From Planctomycetota bacterium (GTDB taxonomy: Bacteria > Planctomycetota > Planctomycetia > Gemmatales > Gemmataceae), in contig VGZJ01000001.1 of the NCBI GenBank assembly GCA_016872595.1, positions 5,117 through 69,116 of the forward strand: a stretch of DNA of 64,000 bases, read 5' to 3'. Shown here piece by piece: positions 7,302 to 16,007 of this stretch (position 1 is the first letter of the stretch; each line of letters starts with the position of its first letter). The notes below the pieces were generated by a model. It was not told the origin of the DNA. It saw only the letters and a program-made list of their open reading frames with translations, and ran no database searches. The position numbers and the translations under genes are program-made.

Positions 7302-10300
7302 ATGGCCGCTGTGCTCGAGAAGAACGACCCCGCCGCCCGGCACGAGTCGCAGGTCGATGAGCAGATCGCGCAGGCGTCCAGCCGCATCCGCGCGCACGAC
7401 CTCGCGTTCGGCGGGCTGGTCCTCGTCGCACTCGTGTTGGTCTACGCCGTCGCGATGATCCTGCTCGACAAGTACCTCGTGCTTCCGGAGTGGGTCCGCC
7501 AAGGCGCGCTGGGCGCGTTCGGCGCGCTCGTCGGCGGCACCGCGTACCTCGCGCTCGTGCGCCCCCTGCGCAAGCAGATCAACCCGCTGTACGCGGCCAA
7601 GCGCGTCGAGGGGACGATTGACGACCCCAAGAACAGCGTGACCGGGTACGTGGACGCGCGCGAGAAGGGCGACCTGAACGGCACCGTGAAGGCCGCGCTC
7701 GCCAGCCGCGCCGCCGCCGCCGCTGCCGCCGCCGACGTGGACCGGGCCGTCGATCACCGCAGCCTGCGCTACCTCGGCGGGGTCGCGGTCGCGTGCTTCC
7801 TCGCGCTGGTCGTCCTGTTCTTCGTGTTCCGCGGCGCGCAGTTCATGTCACTACTGGGGCGCACGTTCGTGCCGTTCTCCAGTGACCCCATCGCCACCCG
7901 CACGCAACTCGCGCTCGTGAAGCCCGAACCGGCGGACCCGACCATCACCACCGGCCAGAGCGTCACCGTTCAGGTGCGCGTCGAGGGCCGCGTGCCCGCC
8001 GCCGACGCCCCGGACAAGGTGCGGCTGCTGGTGCGCCACAACCCGGCCGACCCGAACTACGAAGAGCTCCCGATGGTGCCCGGCGCGACCAACCGCGACT
8101 GGGAACTGCGCGTCCCCGATTACCTCGTCCAGAACGGGTTCTGGTACAAGGTGAGGGCCGGCGACGCCGAAACCCCGGAGTACAAGGTCACGGTGCGCGC
8201 GCTCCCGGCGTTCACCGAGTTCCGCGCCACCTACGAGTACCCCAAGTACCTGCGCCGGGCCCCGGACACGGTCACGGAACCCGCGGTGCGTGCCCCGCGC
8301 GGCACCACCGTCACGCTGACCGCCAAGACCAACCGCGAGGTCCGCTCCGGCGACATCGTCATCGACCGCGCCGCGCCCGTGGCGGGCGCGCCGGTGCCCA
8401 ACGACCCCAAGGCGCTCCAGTTCACGTTCAAGGTCGCCAACAGCGGCTCCTACAAGTTGGTGTTCGTCGCCACCAACGGCGAGCGCAGCGCCGACGTGTT
8501 CCAAGCCCCGATCACGGTCGAATCGGACCACGCCCCGCAGGTCGTCATCACCAAGCCCGAAGAGGAGGAGACGACCGCGCCCGCGAACGGCCAGCTCGCG
8601 GTGGACGGCAAGATCGGCGACGACCACGGCATCGCCACCGTCGCGCTCAAGATGAAGCTGGTCGCGCCCGTCGAGCGCCCGCTGCCGGACGTGCCGTACC
8701 TCAACGGCACCGCCCCCACGTTCCGCCGCGACAAGGACGGTACGTTCCCCACGAACCTCGATTACAAAGGCTCGGTCGATCTCGCCAAGCTCACGAAGGA
8801 CGCGGCCGGCGTCGCGCTGAAGCTCGACGACAAATGCGTGATCGAGTTCTGGCTCGAAGCCACCGACAACTGCACCGAGCCGAAGGCCAACGTCGGCAAG
8901 TCGGCCGCGAAGCGCCTGCGCCTCACCCCGCCGGTTTCGGAGCCGATGGAGCAGAAGACGCAGGACGACCGGAAGAACGAGCGGAAGAACGAGGAGCAGA
9001 AGCACGGCAACGACCAAAAGCAGAAGCTCGATAACGAGAACCGCGACCCCAACAAGAAGGACGGTCAGGGCGGGAAGACCGAGCCGAAGACCGGCAAGGA
9101 CGGGAACGACGGCAAAGGCGGCGACCCCAAGGGCGACGTGGGCAAGACCGCGGACGACCTGCAGCGCCAGCTCGACCGCGAGAAGAACTCTGGCGGCGAC
9201 GCCAAGCCGAACCCGTCCGCCGCGACCAACCCCGACGAGCGCCCGAACCCGGCCGAACAAAAGCCGAAGCCGCAGGACATGCCCGGCATGAACGGGATGA
9301 ACGGCGCGGCCGAGCCAAAGCCAGAACCGAAGCCAACGGACCCGATGCAACCGCCGGGCATGAACCCCGGCGCGCCCGCCGAAACCAAGACGCAAGGCGA
9401 CACCAAGAAGCCGGACGAGCCCGGTCAGCAGAAGCCGCAGCCACAACCGCAAGGCGGCACCGATCCGAAGACCGACAAGAAGGACAACGCGCCGGCCGAA
9501 GAGCGCGGCGCGCCGGGGCCGGGCGCGGGCGTGCCCGGCAACGACAAAGACCCGCCCCCGCCGGCCCCCAAGGGCGGCGACCCGAAGCGCGACCCGTCCA
9601 ACGGCGGCGCGGGCAAACCCGGCACCGACCCGAAGGACGTGCCCCAGCCCGGCGCGCCCAAAGCCGGCCCGCCCGAGGCCGCGCCCAAGCCGCCGGTACA
9701 AGAGCCGAAGCGCGGCGACGAGAAACCCGCGCCGCAACAGAACCCGGCCGAACAACCGAAGCCCGGCGCGCCCGAGGCCGGCGACGGCAAGCCCAAGACC
9801 GCGCCCGCTCCGGCCGACACCAAGCCGATGCCGAAGGACCCGATGATGATGCCGGGCGGCGCGGACTCCGACCCGAAGCCCGCGGGCGGCGCGAACGACA
9901 TGAAAGACCCCAATGGCGGCACCAACGCGGCCGAGACCAAGCCCGACGACAAGAAGGACGCCCCAACGGGCACCGGCGGGAAGCCACCCGAAAAGGGCGC
10001 GGAGAAGCCCGTTCCGAAGGACAACAAGAACGAACCGAACGGCGGCGGCACCGACGCGCCCATGCCGAAGGAAAAGATCGACGACAAGACGCGCCGCGAC
10101 CTCGAAGAGGCCGCGAACAACCTCAACAGCCCCGACGAGAACAAGCGCCGCGACGCGCAGAAGAAACTCGACGACGCCATCGGCAAGGACAAGCGCGAGG
10201 AGTTAGAGAAGCTTCAGAAGGACTTGAACTCGAGCGACAAGGCCACCCGCGACGCCGCGCGCCAAAAGGTCGAAGACCTCAAGAAGGAACTCGACAAGAA

Positions 10301-11204
10301 GAACCCGGCGGGCGGTGGGGACACCAAGGGGCCGAAGGACCCGCCCAAGATCGACGACAAGACCAAGCAGGAGATCGAGAACGCGGTCAACGACCTCAAC
10401 AGCCCGGACCCGGACAAGAAGCGCGCCGCGCAGGAGAAGCTCGATAAGCTGGTCGGCGAGAAGAACCGCAAGGAGGCCGAGCAACTGATGCAAGACCTCA
10501 GGTCCGACGACAAGGACAAGCGCGAGGCCGCGCAGCAGAAACTCGACGAACTACGCAAGCAACTCGAAGGGAAGAAGGACGACGCCCCCACGAAGGGCAA
10601 GGAGCCGACGAAGGAGGAGATCGACGACCTCGTGAAGAAGGCGCAAGACCTGAACTCGCCGGACGAGGCCAAGCGGAAGCAGGCCGAAAAGGACCTCGAC
10701 GACAAGATCGGCGAGGAGGCGCGCAAGAAGCTCCAAGACGAGATGAAGAAGAAGGACATGATGCCGCCGGACCCGGAGCGGCTCAAGCGCGAGATGGAGG
10801 AGTGGAATAAGGGGCCGGGCCGCGGCACCCCGAACAAGGGGCCGATGGAGTCGGACGCTAAGAACCGGGCCAAGACCGCACAGCTGCAGTTGGAGGAGTT
10901 CAAGAAGGACGAGAACCGCGACCGGATCAAGAAGCAGAAGGACTGGACCGACGCGGAGTACGACAAGTTCATCAAAGACATGGAGCGGTACGTAGACGAG
11001 CTGAAGAAGGTGGCCGAACGGCCCGCCCCGGCCCCAGCGCCGTCGCCGAAGGACGCCAAGGACCCGGTGTTCAACCCCGGCACCGCCGGCAAGGTGGACG
11101 GCCCGCGCGGGATGGGCGACGCCGGCGTCGGCGGCCCCACGGTCGCCCCGCCGGGCTTCGAGGACCTGCGCAAGCGCTTCAACGACGCGCTCAAGAAGAA
11201 GTAA
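7302..11204 (+). CDS. very large membrane-anchored protein (DUF4175-like N-terminal part, ~450-aa K/P/D/G-rich low-complexity region, HEAT-like C-terminal repeats)
   Basis: ATG 7302 after GGAGG. TM helices near the N-terminus, then beta-rich repeats resembling DUF4175-family proteins (from memory). 1300 aa with consistent coding bias. Confidence 0.85.
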   Translation: MAAVLEKNDPAARHESQVDEQIAQASSRIRAHDLAFGGLVLVALVLVYAVAMILLDKYLVLPEWVRQGALGAFGALVGGTAYLALVRPLRKQINPLYAAKRVEGTIDDPKNSVTGYVDAREKGDLNGTVKAALASRAAAAAAAADVDRAVDHRSLRYLGGVAVACFLALVVLFFVFRGAQFMSLLGRTFVPFSSDPIATRTQLALVKPEPADPTITTGQSVTVQVRVEGRVPAADAPDKVRLLVRHNPADPNYEELPMVPGATNRDWELRVPDYLVQNGFWYKVRAGDAETPEYKVTVRALPAFTEFRATYEYPKYLRRAPDTVTEPAVRAPRGTTVTLTAKTNREVRSGDIVIDRAAPVAGAPVPNDPKALQFTFKVANSGSYKLVFVATNGERSADVFQAPITVESDHAPQVVITKPEEEETTAPANGQLAVDGKIGDDHGIATVALKMKLVAPVERPLPDVPYLNGTAPTFRRDKDGTFPTNLDYKGSVDLAKLTKDAAGVALKLDDKCVIEFWLEATDNCTEPKANVGKSAAKRLRLTPPVSEPMEQKTQDDRKNERKNEEQKHGNDQKQKLDNENRDPNKKDGQGGKTEPKTGKDGNDGKGGDPKGDVGKTADDLQRQLDREKNSGGDAKPNPSAATNPDERPNPAEQKPKPQDMPGMNGMNGAAEPKPEPKPTDPMQPPGMNPGAPAETKTQGDTKKPDEPGQQKPQPQPQGGTDPKTDKKDNAPAEERGAPGPGAGVPGNDKDPPPPAPKGGDPKRDPSNGGAGKPGTDPKDVPQPGAPKAGPPEAAPKPPVQEPKRGDEKPAPQQNPAEQPKPGAPEAGDGKPKTAPAPADTKPMPKDPMMMPGGADSDPKPAGGANDMKDPNGGTNAAETKPDDKKDAPTGTGGKPPEKGAEKPVPKDNKNEPNGGGTDAPMPKEKIDDKTRRDLEEAANNLNSPDENKRRDAQKKLDDAIGKDKREELEKLQKDLNSSDKATRDAARQKVEDLKKELDKKNPAGGGDTKGPKDPPKIDDKTKQEIENAVNDLNSPDPDKKRAAQEKLDKLVGEKNRKEAEQLMQDLRSDDKDKREAAQQKLDELRKQLEGKKDDAPTKGKEPTKEEIDDLVKKAQDLNSPDEAKRKQAEKDLDDKIGEEARKKLQDEMKKKDMMPPDPERLKREMEEWNKGPGRGTPNKGPMESDAKNRAKTAQLQLEEFKKDENRDRIKKQKDWTDAEYDKFIKDMERYVDELKKVAERPAPAPAPSPKDAKDPVFNPGTAGKVDGPRGMGDAGVGGPTVAPPGFEDLRKRFNDALKKK
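10077..10760 (+). repeat. Three in-frame tandem repeats (period 273/270 nt) inside the large protein gene
   Basis: Units start at IDDKTRRDLEEAANNLNSPDENKRRDAQKKLD (10077), IDDKTKQEIENAVNDLNSPDPDKKRAAQEKLD (10350) and IDDLVKKAQDLNSPDEAKRKQAEKDLD (10620). Each carries LNSPD/LNSSD/LRSDD-K-R-x-A-x-x-KL HEAT-like motifs. Confidence 0.8.
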
Positions 11205-11213
11205 CGCGCCGAA

Positions 11214-11255
11214 GCCGTTCGTAGTGGCCCGCTTCAACGGATCGCTACGAACGGC
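11214..11255 (+). terminator. hairpin downstream of the large protein gene
   Basis: GCCGTTCGTAG (11214-11224) pairs with CTACGAACGGC (11245-11255): an 11-bp perfect stem with a 20-nt loop and no clear T-run. Confidence 0.4.
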
Positions 11256-11360
11256 TCCATGGAGCCGCGCAATCTGGAAAGAAGTTCACATCTGGTCTAG
11301 ATTTCTTTACACACCAAGATTTAGTATACACCTGAGCGCACGGGGCGGGCGGCTCGTCGC

Positions 11361-11388
11361 CTTCTGTAGCCGGCCGCTGCGAGGCCGG
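11361..11388. repeat. REP-like palindromic element (CTTCTGTAGCCGGCC..GAGGCCGG family)
   Basis: CTTCTGTAGCCGGCCGCTGCGAGGCCGG nearly equals the reverse complement of 19303-19330. The flank TCGCCTTCTGTAGCCGG (17 nt) is identical at 11357 and 19178. Confidence 0.7.
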
Positions 11389-11485
11389 CAGCCAAACCGC
11401 GCGCGTCGCCCCGGCCTCAACGGGTTCGGATTCAGGAGCAATTCTGCGTCGTGCAGCCGAACCCACTTCGGCCCACTCCGTGCGC

Positions 11486-11576
11486 GTTGTGCAACCGATT
11501 TCGATTTCGCCCCGATTCGGCAGTGCACGGACGGGGCGAAGGGCACGGGTGTGTTGTGCAACCGATTTTGATTTCG
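11486..11576 (+). repeat. Two 24-nt direct repeats 67 nt apart in an intergenic region
   Basis: GTTGTGCAACCGATTTCGATTTCG (11486-11509) and GTTGTGCAACCGATTTTGATTTCG (11553-11576) differ by 1 mismatch. A CGCCCCG..CGGGGCG hairpin lies between them. Confidence 0.7.
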
Positions 11577-11648
11577 ATGTGCGGACGTTTCGGGGAGGGC
11601 CGTCGATGGGCTGAGTGACGCTGGGGCGGGCCGCACTACTATCGCACC

Positions 11649-11897
11649 GTGAAGAGCATCGAGCGCGTCGTGAAGACGTACACGGGCACCGGCGTGGTCG
11701 GCGAGGAGGCCCCGCGCCTCGACGAGTTCGCGCGGATCGGGCGCACGCTGGGGATTGACCAGCGCAGCGCGACTCTGCCCGAGGATACTCGGTTGAACGA
11801 ACTGCGGGTACTGGCTGAACTGAAGCAGCACCAACCGGCCCGCGACCGCCGCGCGCCGCGCCGCTGCCACCGGACCGCGGGCGTTCTGATACGCTAA
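11649..11897 (+). CDS. small hypothetical protein (uncertain)
   Basis: GTG-start 82-aa ORF. The first ~45 codons have strong G/C-ending bias (SIERVVKTYTGTGVVGEEAPRLDEFARIGRTLG); the tail is Arg-rich. No family recognised. Confidence 0.3.
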   Translation: MKSIERVVKTYTGTGVVGEEAPRLDEFARIGRTLGIDQRSATLPEDTRLNELRVLAELKQHQPARDRRAPRRCHRTAGVLIR

Positions 11898-11919
11898 CTG
11901 CACCTCCACGGGGTGCGCC

Positions 11920-13536
11920 ATGTCCGCGGCCAATCGCTATCTGGTTTCGTTCGACGCCCGCGACACGTTTCACCGCTTCGCGGACGTACTCGTCATCGGG
12001 GCCGGCATCGCCGGGCTGCGGGCGGCGCTCGAGGTCCCGCCCGACCTGTCGGTTCTCGTCGTCACCAAGGACCGTGTGACCGAGAGCAACAGTTCGTACG
12101 CGCAGGGCGGCATCGCCGGGGTGCGCGCGCCCGAGGACACGTTCGAGAACCACGTCGAAGACACTCTGATCGCCGGCGACGGGCTGTGCGACCGCGACGT
12201 GGTCGAACTGGTCGTGCGCGAGGCCCCGCACCAGATCGAGAAGCTGATCGAGTTCGGCACCAAGTTCGACGAGGAGAACGGCCGGCTCGCGCTGACCCGC
12301 GAGGGCGGGCACAGCCACCGGCGCATCGTCCACGCGCTCGGCGACAGCACCGGGTTCGAGATGATGCGCGCCACCATCGCCTACGCCCGCACGCGCCCGA
12401 ACGTCCGCATCTGGGACGACACGTTCACCATCGACCTGCTGACGCACGAGGGCGCGTGCCGCGGCGCGGTGGTCGCGCGCAACGGGACCGGCAAGTTCCT
12501 GATCTGGGCGAAGCAGGTGGTCCTCGCGTCCGGCGGGTGCGGAATGGTGTACCGCGAGACCACGAACCCCGCGGTCGCGACCGGCGACGGGATGGCCGCC
12601 GCGTACCGGGCCGGCGCGGACCTGCGCGACATGGAGTTCATGCAGTTCCACCCCACGGTCCTCTACGTCGCGGGGTCGGCGCGCTACCTCGTGAGCGAGG
12701 CGGTGCGCGGCGAGGGCGCGCACCTGCGCGACGTGAACGGGGTGCGGTTCATGCCCGACGCGGACCCGCGCGCCGAGCTCGCCCCGCGCGACGTGGTGGC
12801 CCGCGCCATCTTCCGCACGATGGAGAAGACTCAACACCCCAACGTGTACCTCGACCTGTCGCACCTCGACCCGGCGATGGTGCTGACGCGGTTCCCCGGC
12901 ATCAACCGGGTGTGCAAGGGCTTCGGCCTCGACATCACAAGGGACCGCGTCCCGGTGCGGCCCGGCGCGCACTATATGGTGGGGGGCGTGTCCGTGGACG
13001 CGCAGGGCCGCACCTCGGTGCCGGGGCTCTGGGCCGCGGGCGAAGTGACCAGCAGCGGGCTACACGGCGCGAACCGGCTGGCCTCGAACAGCCTGATCGA
13101 GGGGCTGGTGTACGGCACCAGTTGCGGGCGCGGCGCGGCCGAGGCGGTTCGCGCGATGCCGCGCGACCTGACCGCCCTGCCCTTGCGCTCGGCGGTCCCC
13201 GAAGCCGAACCGGACGCGCGGCTCGACGTGGCCGACCTCACGGCGGCGCTGCGGGCGCTGATGGTGCGCAAAATGGGCATCGTCCGCGACCGCGCGCGGC
13301 TGCTCGAAGCGAAAGAGGACTTAAGGTTCTGGTGCCGGTACGCGCTGTCGCGCGAGTTCGACGGCAAGGCCGGGTGGGAGCTTCAGAACCTGCTCACGGT
13401 GGCGCGGCTAATGGTCGCCGCGGCACTGGCGCGCGACGAGTCGCGCGGCACGCACTTTCGCAGCGACTTCCCGGCGCGCGACGACGCCCGCTGGGGCCTG
13501 CGGCACGTGACGAGCGAGCCGTTCGTCTCGCTGTGA
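11920..13536 (+). CDS. nadB: L-aspartate oxidase
   Basis: DVLVIGAGIAGLRAAL FAD-binding motif, SNSSYAQGGIAG, HYMVGGV, and the succinate dehydrogenase/fumarate reductase flavoprotein-like C-terminus RGTHFRSDFP. Confidence 0.93.
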   Translation: MSAANRYLVSFDARDTFHRFADVLVIGAGIAGLRAALEVPPDLSVLVVTKDRVTESNSSYAQGGIAGVRAPEDTFENHVEDTLIAGDGLCDRDVVELVVREAPHQIEKLIEFGTKFDEENGRLALTREGGHSHRRIVHALGDSTGFEMMRATIAYARTRPNVRIWDDTFTIDLLTHEGACRGAVVARNGTGKFLIWAKQVVLASGGCGMVYRETTNPAVATGDGMAAAYRAGADLRDMEFMQFHPTVLYVAGSARYLVSEAVRGEGAHLRDVNGVRFMPDADPRAELAPRDVVARAIFRTMEKTQHPNVYLDLSHLDPAMVLTRFPGINRVCKGFGLDITRDRVPVRPGAHYMVGGVSVDAQGRTSVPGLWAAGEVTSSGLHGANRLASNSLIEGLVYGTSCGRGAAEAVRAMPRDLTALPLRSAVPEAEPDARLDVADLTAALRALMVRKMGIVRDRARLLEAKEDLRFWCRYALSREFDGKAGWELQNLLTVARLMVAAALARDESRGTHFRSDFPARDDARWGLRHVTSEPFVSL

Positions 13537-13609
13537 CATTTTCGCCCAATCCGTTACGCCCGGTTCGTCGTCTGCCCTGTATCGCCCGTTACACTCCGAG
13601 GATTCTGCC

Positions 13610-14191
13610 GTGACGAAGATGCTGCTGCTCGCGGTCGCCGCGCTGTTCGGGTTCGGCACCGCCGCCCGCGCCGACGACAAAAACCCCATCGTGCTCAAGG
13701 TCGTTACCAAGAGCGACAAATACAAACTCGACCTCGGCGGCAAGACCGCGGAGGAGTACAAGAAGGCGCTCGAGGACGCGGCGAAGAAGTCGGCGGCCGG
13801 CGAGTTGCTCCGCCCGCCCGCGCCGCCGAAGGTGGACTTCGTGTTGGAGATCAAGAACACGGGCAAGGAAGCGGTCACGATCTTCGTCGGCGGCGACCCG
13901 AACGTGTACACGTTCGAACTGACCGGCGGCGCGGGCAGCGTGACCATGAACAGCGGGCTGGCGTTCACGGCCGACTTCCGCCTGCCGAAGGAAGTGACGC
14001 TGGCCGCGGGCAAGACCTACGAGATCGCCATCAAGCAACTGTCCGACGGGAGCCGCGGCGCGAGCCGGTTCGTGTACTGGACCGGGCCGGGCGAGTACAA
14101 GTTGACCGCGAGCTACTCGCTGGCCGACAAGGACGGGGGCAAGGGCGCGGTGCTCAAGAGCGAGGCGGTGAAGATCACCGTCGAGAAGTAA
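13610..14191 (+). CDS. secreted hypothetical protein
   Basis: Signal peptide MTKMLLLAVAALFGFGTAARA, followed by a Lys-rich beta-type sequence. Good coding bias. Confidence 0.75.
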   Translation: MTKMLLLAVAALFGFGTAARADDKNPIVLKVVTKSDKYKLDLGGKTAEEYKKALEDAAKKSAAGELLRPPAPPKVDFVLEIKNTGKEAVTIFVGGDPNVYTFELTGGAGSVTMNSGLAFTADFRLPKEVTLAAGKTYEIAIKQLSDGSRGASRFVYWTGPGEYKLTASYSLADKDGGKGAVLKSEAVKITVEK

Positions 14192-14233
14192 GCGAACCAC
14201 AGCGCCGCGCGGGGCGTCTTGTGCGATACGCAC

Positions 14234-14262
14234 TTGACTCCCCCACGCAGCGGCGTACCGTT
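14234..14262 (+). promoter_or_regulatory. possible sigma70-type promoter for the cimA leader
   Basis: TTGACT (14234-14239), a 16-nt spacer, then TACCGT (14256-14261). This is a weak -10, and planctomycete promoter rules are poorly known. Confidence 0.2.
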
Positions 14263-14283
14263 ACTTCGAGAGAGACAATTATC

Positions 14284-14358
14284 GTGCCGACCGTTTTCCC
14301 TACCCCCGCCGCTCGCGCCGCCGTGATTGGCGTCGTAGTCGTCATTACCACCGGGTAA
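14284..14358 (+). CDS. 24-codon leader peptide MPTVFPTPAARAAVIGVVVVITTG (Val/Ile/Thr-rich)
   Basis: GTG 14284 sits downstream of a GAGAGAGA tract; TAA is at 14356-14358. The terminal run V-I-G-V-V-V-V-I-T-T uses the rare codons GTA and ATT. It lies directly upstream of the attenuator helices and cimA. Below the ORF-track length cutoff. Confidence 0.6.
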   Translation: MPTVFPTPAARAAVIGVVVVITTG

Positions 14359-14359
14359 A

Positions 14360-14393
14360 CGGGGTCGGCCGAAGGTACAGCCACACGACCCCG
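14360..14393 (+). promoter_or_regulatory. putative antiterminator helix of the cimA attenuator
   Basis: CGGGGTCG (14360-14367) is the exact complement of CGACCCCG (14386-14393). The latter overlaps the 5' arm of the terminator. Confidence 0.5.
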
Positions 14394-14416
14394 GAGCGAA
14401 CGCTTCGGGGTTTTTT
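14389..14416 (+). terminator. intrinsic terminator 20 nt upstream of the cimA start
   Basis: CCCCGGAGC (14389-14397), GAAC loop, GCTTCGGGG (14402-14410): 9 bp including one G-U pair, followed by TTTTTT (14411-14416). Confidence 0.7.
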
Positions 14417-14435
14417 CGTTCCCGCGCGAGGCCGC

Positions 14436-16007
14436 ATGAGCCGCGTTTCCATCTACGACACGACGTTGCGCGACGGAAGCCAAGGCGAGGGCGTGAACTT
14501 CTCGCTCCAAGACAAACTGCTGCTCACGCGGCGGCTCGACGAGATCGGCGTCGATTACATCGAGGGCGGCTACCCGCTGTCGAACCCGAAGGACGCGGAG
14601 TACTTCCGCGCCGTGCGCGAGTTGCCGCTGGCGCACGCCGCGGTCGTGGCGTTCGGGATGACGCGCAAGAAGACCGGCACCGCGGCCGGCGACACCGGGC
14701 TGAACGCCCTGCTCGCAGCCGAAACGCCGGTCGTCACCATCGTCGGGAAAACGTGGGACTTCCACGTTACGAACGTGCTGGGCGCGACGCTCGACGAGAA
14801 CGTCGCGATGATCGCGGACTCTGTCGCCCACTGCCGCGCCGCCGGGCGCGAGGTGTTCTACGACGCGGAACACTTCTTCGACGGCTACCGTGCGAACCCG
14901 GAGTACGCGCTACGCACGCTCCGGGCCGCGGCCGACGCCGGAGCGCGTGTGGTGATCCTGTGCGACACCAACGGCGGCACGATGCCGGAGCGCGTCGCAG
15001 AGGTGGTGGCGCGTGTGAAGAGCGAGCTATCGTGCGAGGTCGGCATCCACTGCCACAACGACTGCGAACTCGCGGTGGCGAACTCGCTAGCCGCAGTGCG
15101 GGCGGGCGCGGCACAGGTACAGGGCACGATGAACGGCATCGGCGAGCGGTGCGGTAACGTCGATCTGGTGAGCGTGATCGCCAACCTCGCGCTCAAGTAC
15201 GGGCGCGAGGTGCTGAAGCCCGGCAGCCTCGCGCGGCTGACGGAAACGTCGCGATACGTGTACGAACTGGCGAACATGAACTTCCGCAGCGGGCAGCCGT
15301 TCGTCGGGCAGAGCGCGTTCGCCCACAAGGGGGGGATGCACACGCACGCGGTCGCCAAAGACCCGGCGACCTACGAGCACATCGCCCCCGAGGCGGTCGG
15401 CAACGAGCGGCGGATTCTGGTGTCCGAGCTGTCCGGGCACTCGACGATCCTGACGAAGACGACGAAGTACGCGGTGAGCCACGACAAGGCGCTGATGACG
15501 AAGATTCTGGGCGCGGTGCAAGACCTCGAACACGCCGGGTACGAGTTCGAGGCGGCGGAAGCCTCCTTCGACTTGCTGGTGAAGAAGGCCGCGGGGCTGT
15601 ACACGCCGTGGTTCGAGCGCGCCGCGTACCGCGTCAACATCGAGGCCGGCGCGGACGGCGCGCCGACCACCGAGGCGACCGTGAAGCTGCACGTCGGGGG
15701 GCGCGTCGAGCACACCGTGAGCGAGGGCGACGGCCCGGTGAACGCGCTCGACGGCGCGCTCCGCAAGGCGCTGGTTCCAAACTTCCCGCGGCTCGATGAG
15801 ATGCAGCTCGTCGATTACAAGGTGCGCGTGGTGAACGCAAAGGCCGGCACCGCGGCCCGCGTGCGCGTGGTGATCGAGTCCCGCGACGGCACCGACGTGT
15901 GGGGCACCGTGGGCGTGAGCGAGAACGTCATCGAGGCAAGCTGGCTCGCACTGGTGGACAGCATCGAATACAAACTGTTCAAGGACGAGGAGCAGTCTGC
16001 AAAGTAG
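14436..16007 (+). CDS. cimA: (R)-citramalate synthase (LeuA-related, TIGR00977 type)
   Basis: IYDTTLRDGSQGEGVNFS, YIEGGYPLSNPKD, GKTWDFHV, FYDAEHFFDGY, CDTNGG, HCHND, and a C-terminal LeuA-dimer-type regulatory domain. It closely tracks my recollection of Geobacter CimA rather than GFP-motif LeuA. Confidence 0.85.
   Translation: MSRVSIYDTTLRDGSQGEGVNFSLQDKLLLTRRLDEIGVDYIEGGYPLSNPKDAEYFRAVRELPLAHAAVVAFGMTRKKTGTAAGDTGLNALLAAETPVVTIVGKTWDFHVTNVLGATLDENVAMIADSVAHCRAAGREVFYDAEHFFDGYRANPEYALRTLRAAADAGARVVILCDTNGGTMPERVAEVVARVKSELSCEVGIHCHNDCELAVANSLAAVRAGAAQVQGTMNGIGERCGNVDLVSVIANLALKYGREVLKPGSLARLTETSRYVYELANMNFRSGQPFVGQSAFAHKGGMHTHAVAKDPATYEHIAPEAVGNERRILVSELSGHSTILTKTTKYAVSHDKALMTKILGAVQDLEHAGYEFEAAEASFDLLVKKAAGLYTPWFERAAYRVNIEAGADGAPTTEATVKLHVGGRVEHTVSEGDGPVNALDGALRKALVPNFPRLDEMQLVDYKVRVVNAKAGTAARVRVVIESRDGTDVWGTVGVSENVIEASWLALVDSIEYKLFKDEEQSAK

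Noticed and set aside
11448-11576. Possible miniature CRISPR array
   Set aside because: There are only two good 24-nt repeats, shorter than typical CRISPR repeats, with one 43-nt spacer. The third match is degenerate and out of period. No cas genes occur in the window.
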